Positions 54,201-61,311 of a DNA stretch of 64,000 nt are shown here, one piece after another (the stretch's first letter is position 1; each line of letters opens with the position of its first letter). Origin of the DNA: Promethearchaeota archaeon (GTDB lineage: Archaea > Asgardarchaeota > Lokiarchaeia > Sigyniarchaeales > SOKP01); assembly GCA_048940925.1 (NCBI GenBank), contig JBHLOC010000003.1:96001-160000 (forward strand), in the 5' to 3' direction. The notes under the pieces are model-generated. The model saw only the letters and a list, made by a program, of their open reading frames with translations, was not told where the DNA came from and did not search any database. The position numbers and the translations under genes are program-made.

Positions 54201-54671
54201 CTTCTCCAAAGTTCCAAATATAATGAAGTAATATTATTATTTAAACAAGAACTCACAAGGTTGAAGAAATTAGGAAATAAAGATGAAATTGAAAAAATTT
54301 CTGACCAAATTAATGACATTATTGCTCAAGCCCAGATTCCTTTAATTACCTTAGAAGTTTTCTCTGAGAATGAAAAATATAAATCAGCGTATAAGGCATT
54401 AGATAATGCTCAATTTTCTATATCAAATAATCGTTTGATGAAAGCAATTTCAGAATTAAATGAAGCTAAGTTTAACCTCAAGAAAGTTAAAATAGATAAG
54501 AAATTCATTAAGGAAATTGACAATAAAATAAGTGAGTTTAGAGAAAAGCTGGGGAAAAAACCTGAAGTAAAAGGGGAAGCTAAAAAAGATGAGATGGAAC
54601 GTCTTAAAGCCCGAATTGCTACTAGACGGGAAGAAAGGAAGAAAAGAGTATTAGATTTATTACGGAAGTAA
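48285..54671 (+). CDS. Giant (2128 aa) E/K-rich helical tandem-repeat protein with TPR/MIT-like modules
   Basis: About 11 ~123-aa repeats (AEKL..D/EY/FE..M...PY.EII.IY...GW..A.IY..QI..Y..KL) flanked by YD.A...Y..A..F...W TPR-like modules. Confidence 0.88.
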   Translation: MNVMDEQKEGEFKEDIDEDGFDPTKEAFFSDLMEMEEDIASEAYELVEHAMGLIQSQYYDDAIEVLRQAIGMYTQINREEEIKAINNKISEIYLLKEKIFRESEITTEVKSEKLEEEIGEGEVRIVETEEIVKEKEEEDFIETINSLLKRAKELIDEDKFEEALDNYDEIIGIYEDLGKSDEIEKVYVLIEEVYNKKADYLRSIKKEPSKIEIEFESEEEILPREEELKEEKLQQYFDSKKREEEISSRAYELLGIAAEHAKSYQYDQALQLYIEGANLFKQLNWTYEVKKVEDTIDLLHQQKTNHLKELERQEIKKKEEIETQSQQVEKIKVDVKDKEEEERIAKLEKLKGIEFQKMENEYFKAQVDNMATEAARMGREYELAMQKAIKKGKMIEECIYPKVIEIYKRIKELLVDKGWRNEAKIYDETIDIYIQKFEQDKKIRQIEAEKVKKQKEAEEMLRVPREEHIPTLSEEKVRVLEEQRRKESEIRSIKENLDEMTNRAEKIAREYEVALRKGRFELKCPFPEIINIYKKARQIALERGWETDAAIFLSQIQSYNEKLQKDKKLRQIEIDKRKKEVELEEISKVKKEEKIKLDKTKLERIEEEKRLKEEEGEFNELINKMINKAKKLAREYDLAMKKAIREGSLAENPPFEEIIKIYERVKQMVLSKGRNEEAAIYANQILLFSEKLKKDLKLREVEAQKAERQRKIEEMHKVDRKSEIDEVKLKAIEKKKEEEEFEKDIADTVNKAEKHVRDHETAMRKALREGRILEKTPYQEVIEIYKELRDKVLARGWEDQARIYSNQIKIYQDKLEKHEKLLEVETQKAEREKLLEEMHKVERKSEIDEVKLKAIEKNKEEEEFEKHIADMVNKAEKLVRNHEIAMRKALREGFIIEDTPYPNVIALYKQINDEILARGWEDQARIYSNQIKLYQDKLKKHENLLEVEAQKAEKEKQLEEMRRVGRKSEVDERRIKAIERKKEEEAFEKSITGLINQAEKLERDFERAMKKTIKKGEMLEQTPYVEIIDIYKEIKEKVLEKGWGDQASIYSNQIKLYQDKLERHKKLLEVEAQKAEKEKQLEEMHKVDRKSEIDKGRIKAIEIKKEEEEEFEKFITDLINKAEKLERDFERTMKKTIKKGEMLEQTPYIEIIDIYKEIKEKVLEKGWGDQASIYSNQIKLYKDKLEKHKKLLEVEAQKAEKENQLKEIHKVDRKSEVDERRIKAIESKKEEEEFEKFITDLINKAEKLERDFERAMNKAMKKGEIFEQTPYAEIIDIYKEIKENILAKGWREQSEIYTNQIKLYQDKLEKHEKLLEVEAQKAEREKQLEEMQRVERKSEIDQGRLKTMERKKEEEDEFERTISDLINQAEKLERDFERAMKKAIKKGEMLEQTPYVEIMDIYEEIKEKVLKKGWGDQASIYSNQIKFYQDKLEKHEKLLEVEAQKAEKEKQLEEMHKIGKKEVKPYKPEKIKEIEEGNKEEDIVLNQAMNLIDEAEKLVKNYELSIKSDVLLYESPYNKAIENYEEAQKLLKQIDWNEEAIRLIKTIKFYKEKKDKDEKLREFEKKKLEEPEPTLLTAKVDTEKELLAREEKILEFEKKKKEEAKVAEEIFNKIHKAERMAQEYEVKIKDGVFEQEAPYEDILKIYRDARKDFEEIGWMEESMKLINTIQFYKEKLEKDKKLRLMEIQKEKKREKEILMQQKLLQEAKEEQERFLKQKEEALILQKEKASEFESAKNSAFNLMDLAKNKLQENNFDEAIELYKASGEIFSDIGWQEGIKMVNDSIIMIKKKKESLEFEKKSLEERRIEKVKIEEKLEEKLAKAEELRILQQEEKRKELLRIQREKEWESEISEDAYELLEQGTILLEANKFDEAYEKYIEARKLFNKISWKREVSRINNDLLFKLKRERKKFEILEDIKVKKAEEEIEMEKLKQEADRKRRELEKKKKEDKRKFVKEEIGKEIKSRLRKAEKLLQSSKYNEVILLFKQELTRLKKLGNKDEIEKISDQINDIIAQAQIPLITLEVFSENEKYKSAYKALDNAQFSISNNRLMKAISELNEAKFNLKKVKIDKKFIKEIDNKISEFREKLGKKPEVKGEAKKDEMERLKARIATRREERKKRVLDLLRK
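50424..52643 (+). repeat. Six coding tandem repeats of 369/372 bp
   Basis: Anchor GAAAT(G/A)C recurs at 50424, 50793, 51162, 51531, 51903, 52272 and 52644. Confidence 0.92.
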
Positions 54672-54751
54672 TAAAATTTAATTTCTATTTATGAATGTTT
54701 TTAGTTTTAGTATTAAGTTTACATATAAAAAGAAAAAAGGATAAAAGTTAA

Positions 54752-54973
54752 TTAGGTTAACAACTTTTCTTCCAACTCATTCGAGATTTCAGATTTTATT
54801 AAATTAGGAGAAATATTTCTTTCAATAGATTCTTCTATTAGATATTCTGTCTTAATTAAATCTCTGATTGCCACTCGAATCGCCTCACTCCTGTTTGGAA
54901 ACTTAGACTCGCTAACGAGAAATTCTAGAACTTTTAAATAGGATTCAGGTAAATTTACAGAAATCAACTTCAT
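54752..54973 (-). CDS. Ribbon-helix-helix (CopG family) transcriptional regulator
   Basis: MKLISVNLP...FPNRSEAIRVAIRDL motif. Confidence 0.88.
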   Translation of the reverse strand: MKLISVNLPESYLKVLEFLVSESKFPNRSEAIRVAIRDLIKTEYLIEESIERNISPNLIKSEISNELEEKLLT

Positions 54974-55309
54974 TGAGATACACACTAACCCAGTTTTATA
55001 TTAATCATATTTATAAATTAATACACTAGATATCACCACGGTTATATTTAAGCTTTTCAATCGAAAATGACCTCATGTAGTCCGACAGAAATCAGTTTCA
55101 TGCCTTTCTTATGCATTTGAGGTGAGAATGGGAAGAAATTGTATGATATGTAATAGCTGAATATTTTTAATAAATTATATGCTCAAGATATTTTACGAAA
55201 ATTTTTATATATGTGTATTGTGTTACATGTAACCCATACAATTTTTATTTGAGATTAATATTTTAAAATTAAAAATTAAAATAAAAAAACAAATAGAATT
55301 TGAAAGATC

Positions 55310-55633
55310 ATGGCAGATATTGAATTACAATTAAAAGAACACTTAAAAAGTGGAAAAGATTGGGAAAAAATGGAGACTCCGATTGAGGGTGTAAATGTTG
55401 TTAAAGTTCCTGCTACAAAAGCCAGACCTGCATTGCTATTTTTAGAGATAAATCCTTTAAAAGAAGATGGTAGACCCCTAAAAAAAAGAGGATTATTCGT
55501 TGGTAATAAGGAAATGCTTATTAAATTTAGCGAAGCTTTAAACGATGACAAAACATTTCAATTAATTGGAGAAATAGAAAAAGTTAATCCAAAAGTACCT
55601 GAAAATGGTACAGCTAAAAAATTAAAAATGTAA
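55310..55633 (+). CDS. Conserved archaeal hypothetical protein, possibly nucleic-acid binding
   Basis: 107 aa, basic beta-strand-rich core (VVKVPATKARP, LEINP, KKRGLF) followed by helices. Confidence 0.6.
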   Translation: MADIELQLKEHLKSGKDWEKMETPIEGVNVVKVPATKARPALLFLEINPLKEDGRPLKKRGLFVGNKEMLIKFSEALNDDKTFQLIGEIEKVNPKVPENGTAKKLKM

Positions 55634-55759
55634 ATAGCTTCTTGTTTTTTTCATCTATTTTAAATTTTTTACTTCTTTATATCCTTATTGAAAATAAGAT
55701 TAAAAAAAAAGTTAGTTATTGATTAATTTTTTATTGATACCCTCACTCCTTAAACGTCA

Positions 55760-57544
55760 TTAATCAAAGTACCAGTGCCAGCAATCAAGCATAGCCATAA
55801 CGTTGTATCCCACTCCTTTTAAGCCTTTTATATGAGCTTGTTGAATTAAAAATACCCATCCTGGAATGTGACAGTAAGAGGAAGGATTAACTGGTCGAGT
55901 TATGTCAAAAAGGTAAGATTGAATGTCCATATATATAGACTGCCTAGCTATAGGATCGGTCAATGATGCAGCAGACTCTATCATTGAAATTAATACAGGA
56001 TCGCTTATTCTAGAGAAACATGACCCCGATTGGTTGTTAAATATTGGATCAAGCATGTTAAATGCATCTAAATAGTCAGGACACCAACCAATAAATCCAA
56101 CATCCATCTCCCAAGGAGTATGTTCACCTGTATCTAAGTATTCTCCCCATGTTCTAATGGTAACCTCAATATTTACTCCAATTAAAGCAAAATTATTTTC
56201 CATTAATTGATTTAATCTCTGGTTAGTGGTATCACCAAAATGTTGATTTACTTCGAGTGTTTTCAGTGATAATTCGGTCCAATCAGATTCAGAGTCACCA
56301 GGATAATTAGGATCAAGACCATTCGTTTCTGAGGGATACAGTGCCATTATAATTTCTCGTGCCTTTTTTACATTACTTTCATAATCCCCACCAAAAGGAT
56401 AATCAGCCACCATCTTCCCTTCAATTGACTTATTATATCCAGGCATAGCCCGTGGAACAGCAGGACACGCGGGATAAGCATACCCAGATAGAATTTCATC
56501 AGTAATATAAGAATAGTTGGTTACTAAAGCAAGAGCTCTTCTAAACTCTGCAGATAGTTTCTGATTTACTTGACCTCCTACTATAGGTGATTCACCCCCG
56601 GGAGGTCCACTATAAATCTCCAAATAAAAGTAACATAAATCTTCGCCAACATCTTCAACTATAATATCAGATTCTGCTTTAAATTGTGTAATATATGACT
56701 TCGGTACATTATTAACATAATCGAATTGCCCTGCTAAACCTGCAGTCATTCTAGCTGTGTCATCTTCAATTATTCTAAAAATAAGAATTTCTGCCCAAGG
56801 ATTGGTTCCCCAATATCTCTCCCATCTTTCGAATCTAACTTCACGATCATATATATAATGTATATATTTAAATGGACCAGTACCAATTATTATGTCTGAA
56901 TTCATATCTAGAAATCTATATTTGGGTGTAGAAGCTGGTGATAAGATATAAGTACCACAAAAAGTCATTAAGTCTATAAAAGCACCAAATGGTTTATTCA
57001 AGTAGACAGTGAAGTTATACATATCAGTCACTTCTGTTTTATTTATAATCGGAGTCCCATCAGAGAAATAATACACTGCTGATAGAAAGGCTTCCCAAGA
57101 GGTATCATTAGCAACAAGATCACCTGACGAATTGATGAAATACATTAGCCTATCAAAATTCCATTTTACGGCCTCAGCAGTTAAAGGATACCCATCATGG
57201 AAAAAGACATTTTCTCTAATTTTAAATGATATACAAGATGAATTATGCCAAAACCATTCTTTAGCAAGTTTTGGTATTATACTATAGTTTGGATGATCCT
57301 GATAATCATAATCTACTAAACTCTCAGCAACTTGATGTTCTGCGATATGTGATGGAACATCCCAGGTGTCGAGAGGATCAATTGCAGCTAAATTTGACCC
57401 ATAACCTACTATAATTGTATTCTTTTTTTCAGATCTGCGCCCAAGTATTCCACCAGAAACAGCTAAAACTATATTTCCAATGCCTGATGCAACAAGTACA
57501 ATAGAAAGAATTATGATTGCAAAATTTTTTTTCTCCATTTCCAT
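55760..57544 (-). CDS. Family 5 (DppA/OppA) ABC substrate-binding protein (orphan)
   Basis: TM anchor; IDP, PKLAKEW, FHDG..TAEAVKWNFDR, GTGPF and GWCPDY motifs. Confidence 0.9.
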   Translation of the reverse strand: MEMEKKNFAIIILSIVLVASGIGNIVLAVSGGILGRRSEKKNTIIVGYGSNLAAIDPLDTWDVPSHIAEHQVAESLVDYDYQDHPNYSIIPKLAKEWFWHNSSCISFKIRENVFFHDGYPLTAEAVKWNFDRLMYFINSSGDLVANDTSWEAFLSAVYYFSDGTPIINKTEVTDMYNFTVYLNKPFGAFIDLMTFCGTYILSPASTPKYRFLDMNSDIIIGTGPFKYIHYIYDREVRFERWERYWGTNPWAEILIFRIIEDDTARMTAGLAGQFDYVNNVPKSYITQFKAESDIIVEDVGEDLCYFYLEIYSGPPGGESPIVGGQVNQKLSAEFRRALALVTNYSYITDEILSGYAYPACPAVPRAMPGYNKSIEGKMVADYPFGGDYESNVKKAREIIMALYPSETNGLDPNYPGDSESDWTELSLKTLEVNQHFGDTTNQRLNQLMENNFALIGVNIEVTIRTWGEYLDTGEHTPWEMDVGFIGWCPDYLDAFNMLDPIFNNQSGSCFSRISDPVLISMIESAASLTDPIARQSIYMDIQSYLFDITRPVNPSSYCHIPGWVFLIQQAHIKGLKGVGYNVMAMLDCWHWYFD

Positions 57545-57767
57545 AAATATTCACTTTTAATTTTTAATTTTTTTTTACGTTTTTATTCTGTTAAATTAAA
57601 GATTTATCAATCTTTATTTAATTTTTAAATCTAAATTATAGGTTAAATATATCTCTGAAATCGCCAATTTAAACATTGTTATATGCATTTTATGATAAAA
57701 AGATTTCTCTACATTTCATAATATCTCTAAAATTTCATGATATTTTAAGTCATCTCGATATTTTATG

Positions 57768-58117
57768 AAGTTTGGATATTTCCACATATTTCCCATTTAT
57801 GCTCAGAAAAGAAAAGACTTCTCCCAGAAGTATGTTTTCTAGGAGAAGATTTGATATTATACAATATGCAAATGGAAATGAAAAATGAGAGTTGATGAAT
57901 AAATGCCCGTATTAACATATTAATAATTGCAATTTTCTTAATTTCCTCTCAAATTTCGCTTTATATAAATAAAACTAGAAAATCTTAAATATAAATAATT
58001 ATCAAACAAAGTTTTATAAATAATATTTTCCCACACTTCAAAAAATTACGAGAAATTTAGATTTCTTTATTTTTCAAAATATTATTTGAAAGTTTGGATA
58101 TTCCCACATATTTCCCA
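57768..58117 (+). repeat. 28-bp direct repeat (two copies 322 bp apart) in a 712-bp intergenic region
   Basis: AAGTTTGGATATTTCCACATATTTCCCA (57768-57795) versus AAGTTTGGATATTCCCACATATTTCCCA (58090-58117), one mismatch. Confidence 0.85.
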
Positions 58118-58256
58118 CATAACTGTCAATGACTCATATATGTGTTGTATGCCAAAAATAAAGATTTTTAGATAAATCCCTTTTTTGAAAAACATTTAAT
58201 TTTTAATTGCATAATTTATTTAATATTATAATATAATAAGTCAATTATGTGATTAT

Positions 58257-58544
58257 ATGGTTAATCAAGAAGATGGTGTGCATTGTATAGTTTGTGGAAA
58301 AGATAATTTTTCTCTGGCTCATGATGAGTGGATGAGAAGAGCATTTCCATTTGTAGAACAAGGTCAACTTAAAATGTGTTCGGGTTGTGGAGCGAAATAT
58401 TTAGTTTGTAATAATTGCGGAGGTTTATATTGTCGCATACATCCTGCTCTTGAAGCATGGGAACTTCCAGATAAATGTCCTAAATGCGGATGGATAAATA
58501 AGGACGTAAAAGTTTGGGACGGAACATCTGCTCGTCATTTTTAA
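58257..58544 (+). CDS. Small double zinc-ribbon protein
   Basis: Four CxxC pairs in 95 aa. Confidence 0.8.
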   Translation: MVNQEDGVHCIVCGKDNFSLAHDEWMRRAFPFVEQGQLKMCSGCGAKYLVCNNCGGLYCRIHPALEAWELPDKCPKCGWINKDVKVWDGTSARHF

Positions 58545-58755
58545 TAGAAGATTTTTTAATTGACATTATGTTTTTTATATTTTAAATTTTAAGCAGAAGA
58601 AATTTATATAAATTTCGAAGTCTAACGGGTTCAAAGTTAATTAGCTATAATAAAATTAACATATTTTGAGTTCTTAATTAATAATAAGTCAAGAAAGTTT
58701 TAATTTTAAAGAATCAATAATATTTTTATTAATAATTATTTTGTAATGGTTAGAT

Positions 58756-59229
58756 ATGACCAATATAAAGGTAGAAATAGCTTCCCCTGAGCAGATCGAG
58801 GATTTAAAAAATTTAACGAAGCTATTGGTGGAAGGTCTTGGACAAGAATTTGATCCAAAGCGATTTGACTGGGGTATTCGTCGTCGACTTTATGATCCCC
58901 TCCAACGACATGGTATACTCATCGCTGTAGATGAAGATGAGAATAAAGTTGTAGGAATGATTATTGCTGAATTGCGAATAGATCCATTTGGGTCATCTGA
59001 AGGATATATTAAACAATTCTTCTTGAAGGAAAAATATAGAAGAAAAGGTTCTGGACATCTTTTACTAGAAAAAGCACTTGAACACTTAAAAAAAATAAAA
59101 GTGGAAAAAGTAAAAGTTAATATTAAAGAACAAGCAATAGATGCTTCAAGTCTTTATGAACAGATGAATTTTAAGAAGGTCTACGAGGTTTTAGAATTAG
59201 ATTTAACTAGAGAAAAACCCATAAGTTAA
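58756..59229 (+). CDS. GNAT-family N-acetyltransferase
   Basis: VVGMI, YRRKGSGHLLL acetyl-CoA motif and A.SLYEQMNF. Confidence 0.88.
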   Translation: MTNIKVEIASPEQIEDLKNLTKLLVEGLGQEFDPKRFDWGIRRRLYDPLQRHGILIAVDEDENKVVGMIIAELRIDPFGSSEGYIKQFFLKEKYRRKGSGHLLLEKALEHLKKIKVEKVKVNIKEQAIDASSLYEQMNFKKVYEVLELDLTREKPIS

Positions 59230-59247
59230 ATATTTAATATTAAAAAA

Positions 59248-60219
59248 ATGAGTCTAGAGATTCCTTGGGTTGAGAAATATCGTCCAAAGTCACTTAATGA
59301 AATAGTTAGCCAGAATATTGCGATTAATCGTCTAAGAGAATTTTTGAAAACTCCCAATATGCCTCATATGATTTTTACTGGCCCTGCGGGTACAGGTAAA
59401 ACTAGTACTGCCTTATTAATAGCGAAAAATTTCTTAAAGACAAAAGATTTAGATACAAACCTTTTAGAATTAAATGCTTCTGATACTGTAAGAATAGATT
59501 ATGTAAGAAATATTTTAAAAAGTTTTGTTAATCAAAACTTAGTCAAAGATGGGAGTCTTAAATTTGTAATTTTAGACGAGGCAGATAACATTCCTGGACA
59601 AGTTCAGCAAGCTCTTAGAAGAATTATTGAAAAGGCATCATCTAATATAAAGTTTATCTTATTATGTAATTATATAAATAGAATAATCGATCCAATTATT
59701 TCTAGATGTGCTGTATTTAGGTTTGTGAATTTAGCAAAGGAAAGTATTGTACAAAGGTTAAAATTCATAATTAAACAGGAAAAATTAAAGATAGCCCCTG
59801 AAAAATCAGAAGAATTTTTTAATCTATTATTTTTTATATCAGGAGGGGACTTAAGAAAAGGTATAAATACTCTTCAAATGTCTGTATCTCTGGAACTACT
59901 AACCAACTTAGATTTAGACGAAATTTTAAAAATATCTGGATTCTTGGATAAAACAACCTTGAATGATTTAATAAATGCTCTTAAAAAGAAAGATTTAATA
60001 CAAGCAAAAGAAATTATGGAAACTATTGAGTCACTTGACAGTCGAAATTTTATACGACAATTACTAGAAGTTGTACCACAGTTTAAAATTAATCCTGAAA
60101 AAATGTTAAAAATTAGGAGTTATGTTGGAGAGATAGATTACCGAATAAGTCAAGGTGCTGATGAAGATATCCAAATTTCAGCACTACTAGCAACAATTTT
60201 AGAGAATATAGAATCATAA
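59248..60219 (+). CDS. rfcS: Replication factor C small subunit
   Basis: PWVEKYRP, GPAGTGKT, ELNASD, LDEAD, ISRC and GGDLRK motifs. Confidence 0.95.
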   Translation: MSLEIPWVEKYRPKSLNEIVSQNIAINRLREFLKTPNMPHMIFTGPAGTGKTSTALLIAKNFLKTKDLDTNLLELNASDTVRIDYVRNILKSFVNQNLVKDGSLKFVILDEADNIPGQVQQALRRIIEKASSNIKFILLCNYINRIIDPIISRCAVFRFVNLAKESIVQRLKFIIKQEKLKIAPEKSEEFFNLLFFISGGDLRKGINTLQMSVSLELLTNLDLDEILKISGFLDKTTLNDLINALKKKDLIQAKEIMETIESLDSRNFIRQLLEVVPQFKINPEKMLKIRSYVGEIDYRISQGADEDIQISALLATILENIES

Positions 60220-60264
60220 TTATTTTAATATATATTAACCATAATAATAGAGAAAAAAACAAGC

Positions 60265-61311
60265 TTGACCAATAACATTCCAATTTGGCGAATCAAATAT
60301 CATCCTAAGAATTTAGACCAAATTTGTGGAAGAGAGGAGGTTAGAGACAGATTAAGCAAATTTGTTAAACTGAAAAACTTTCCCCATTTACTAATTGTAG
60401 GATCAGAAGGTATTGGTAAAACAACTATTTCATATTTATTCTCAAAAAAGTTTCTGGGGAAAACTTTTGATGCTAATTTTAAATTAGTTTATGCGAATGT
60501 TCCGCTGAGTAATGAGGAAAGAAAACAAGCAAGAAGTGAAGCCTATATTTCAACTAGTAAAATTGGAAGCTTGGCAGGTAAAAGAATTACGACTCCTGCA
60601 TTTATCCAAGTGAAAGTAAAACCTTTTGTGCAATTGAAAGTTTTAGGAGGTGCTCCTTTTAAAATCTTGATTGTAAAGAATTTTGAGGCTTTAGATACTA
60701 ATCAACAGGGATTTAGGAGACTAATGGAGATATATGGTACAAATTGTAGGATGATTTTAATAACAACTAAAATATCGAGTATAATTGAACCAATAATTAG
60801 TCGATGTCAAATATTTTTAATACCTCGAGTAGATTTAAAGAATTTTAAAAATTTAATTCTTTATATCGCTGAAAACGAATCATTACAGATTTCCGATGAA
60901 ACAATTGAGATCTTATACAAAATTTCTAGAGGAAGATTCAGTCGAGCGATAGATCTTTTACAATTAAGCAGTATTACTGGGAATATCATTGATGAGGAAA
61001 AATTGTATGAAAATTATCAGATATTTCATAATGATTTAATAAAAAATCTTTTAATGATGGCTTTAAAAGGTGATTTTCCAAAATCTAGAGAATTAGCCCG
61101 GAAAGTTCTTTCAAATTATAAATATAATTCTCATGAACTCTTTAAACTACTTCTTGACGAATTACATAAATTACCGTTAAGCAGATATACAAGATGTCAA
61201 TTGATTAAATATATTTCAGATTCTGATTTTCGCGCACTTGCTGCGAGGGATACTGACATTCAAATTTCTGCCTTAATATCTAAGATTTGTTTATTTAGTC
61301 AATATTTATAG
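60265..61311 (+). CDS. Second, divergent RFC small subunit with degenerate Walker B
   Basis: WRIKYHP, GSEGIGKTT, Walker B replaced by IVKNFE, RRLME, intact SRC. Confidence 0.88.
   Translation: MTNNIPIWRIKYHPKNLDQICGREEVRDRLSKFVKLKNFPHLLIVGSEGIGKTTISYLFSKKFLGKTFDANFKLVYANVPLSNEERKQARSEAYISTSKIGSLAGKRITTPAFIQVKVKPFVQLKVLGGAPFKILIVKNFEALDTNQQGFRRLMEIYGTNCRMILITTKISSIIEPIISRCQIFLIPRVDLKNFKNLILYIAENESLQISDETIEILYKISRGRFSRAIDLLQLSSITGNIIDEEKLYENYQIFHNDLIKNLLMMALKGDFPKSRELARKVLSNYKYNSHELFKLLLDELHKLPLSRYTRCQLIKYISDSDFRALAARDTDIQISALISKICLFSQYL

Noticed and set aside
55066-55126. ATGA...TGA with an ACCTCA/TGAGGT stem as a SECIS element or ncRNA
   Set aside because: Stem geometry and loop length do not fit a SECIS, and I found no in-frame TGA selenoprotein candidate nearby.
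57768-58117. Direct repeats as a CRISPR array
   Set aside because: Only two copies, 322 bp apart, and no cas genes.
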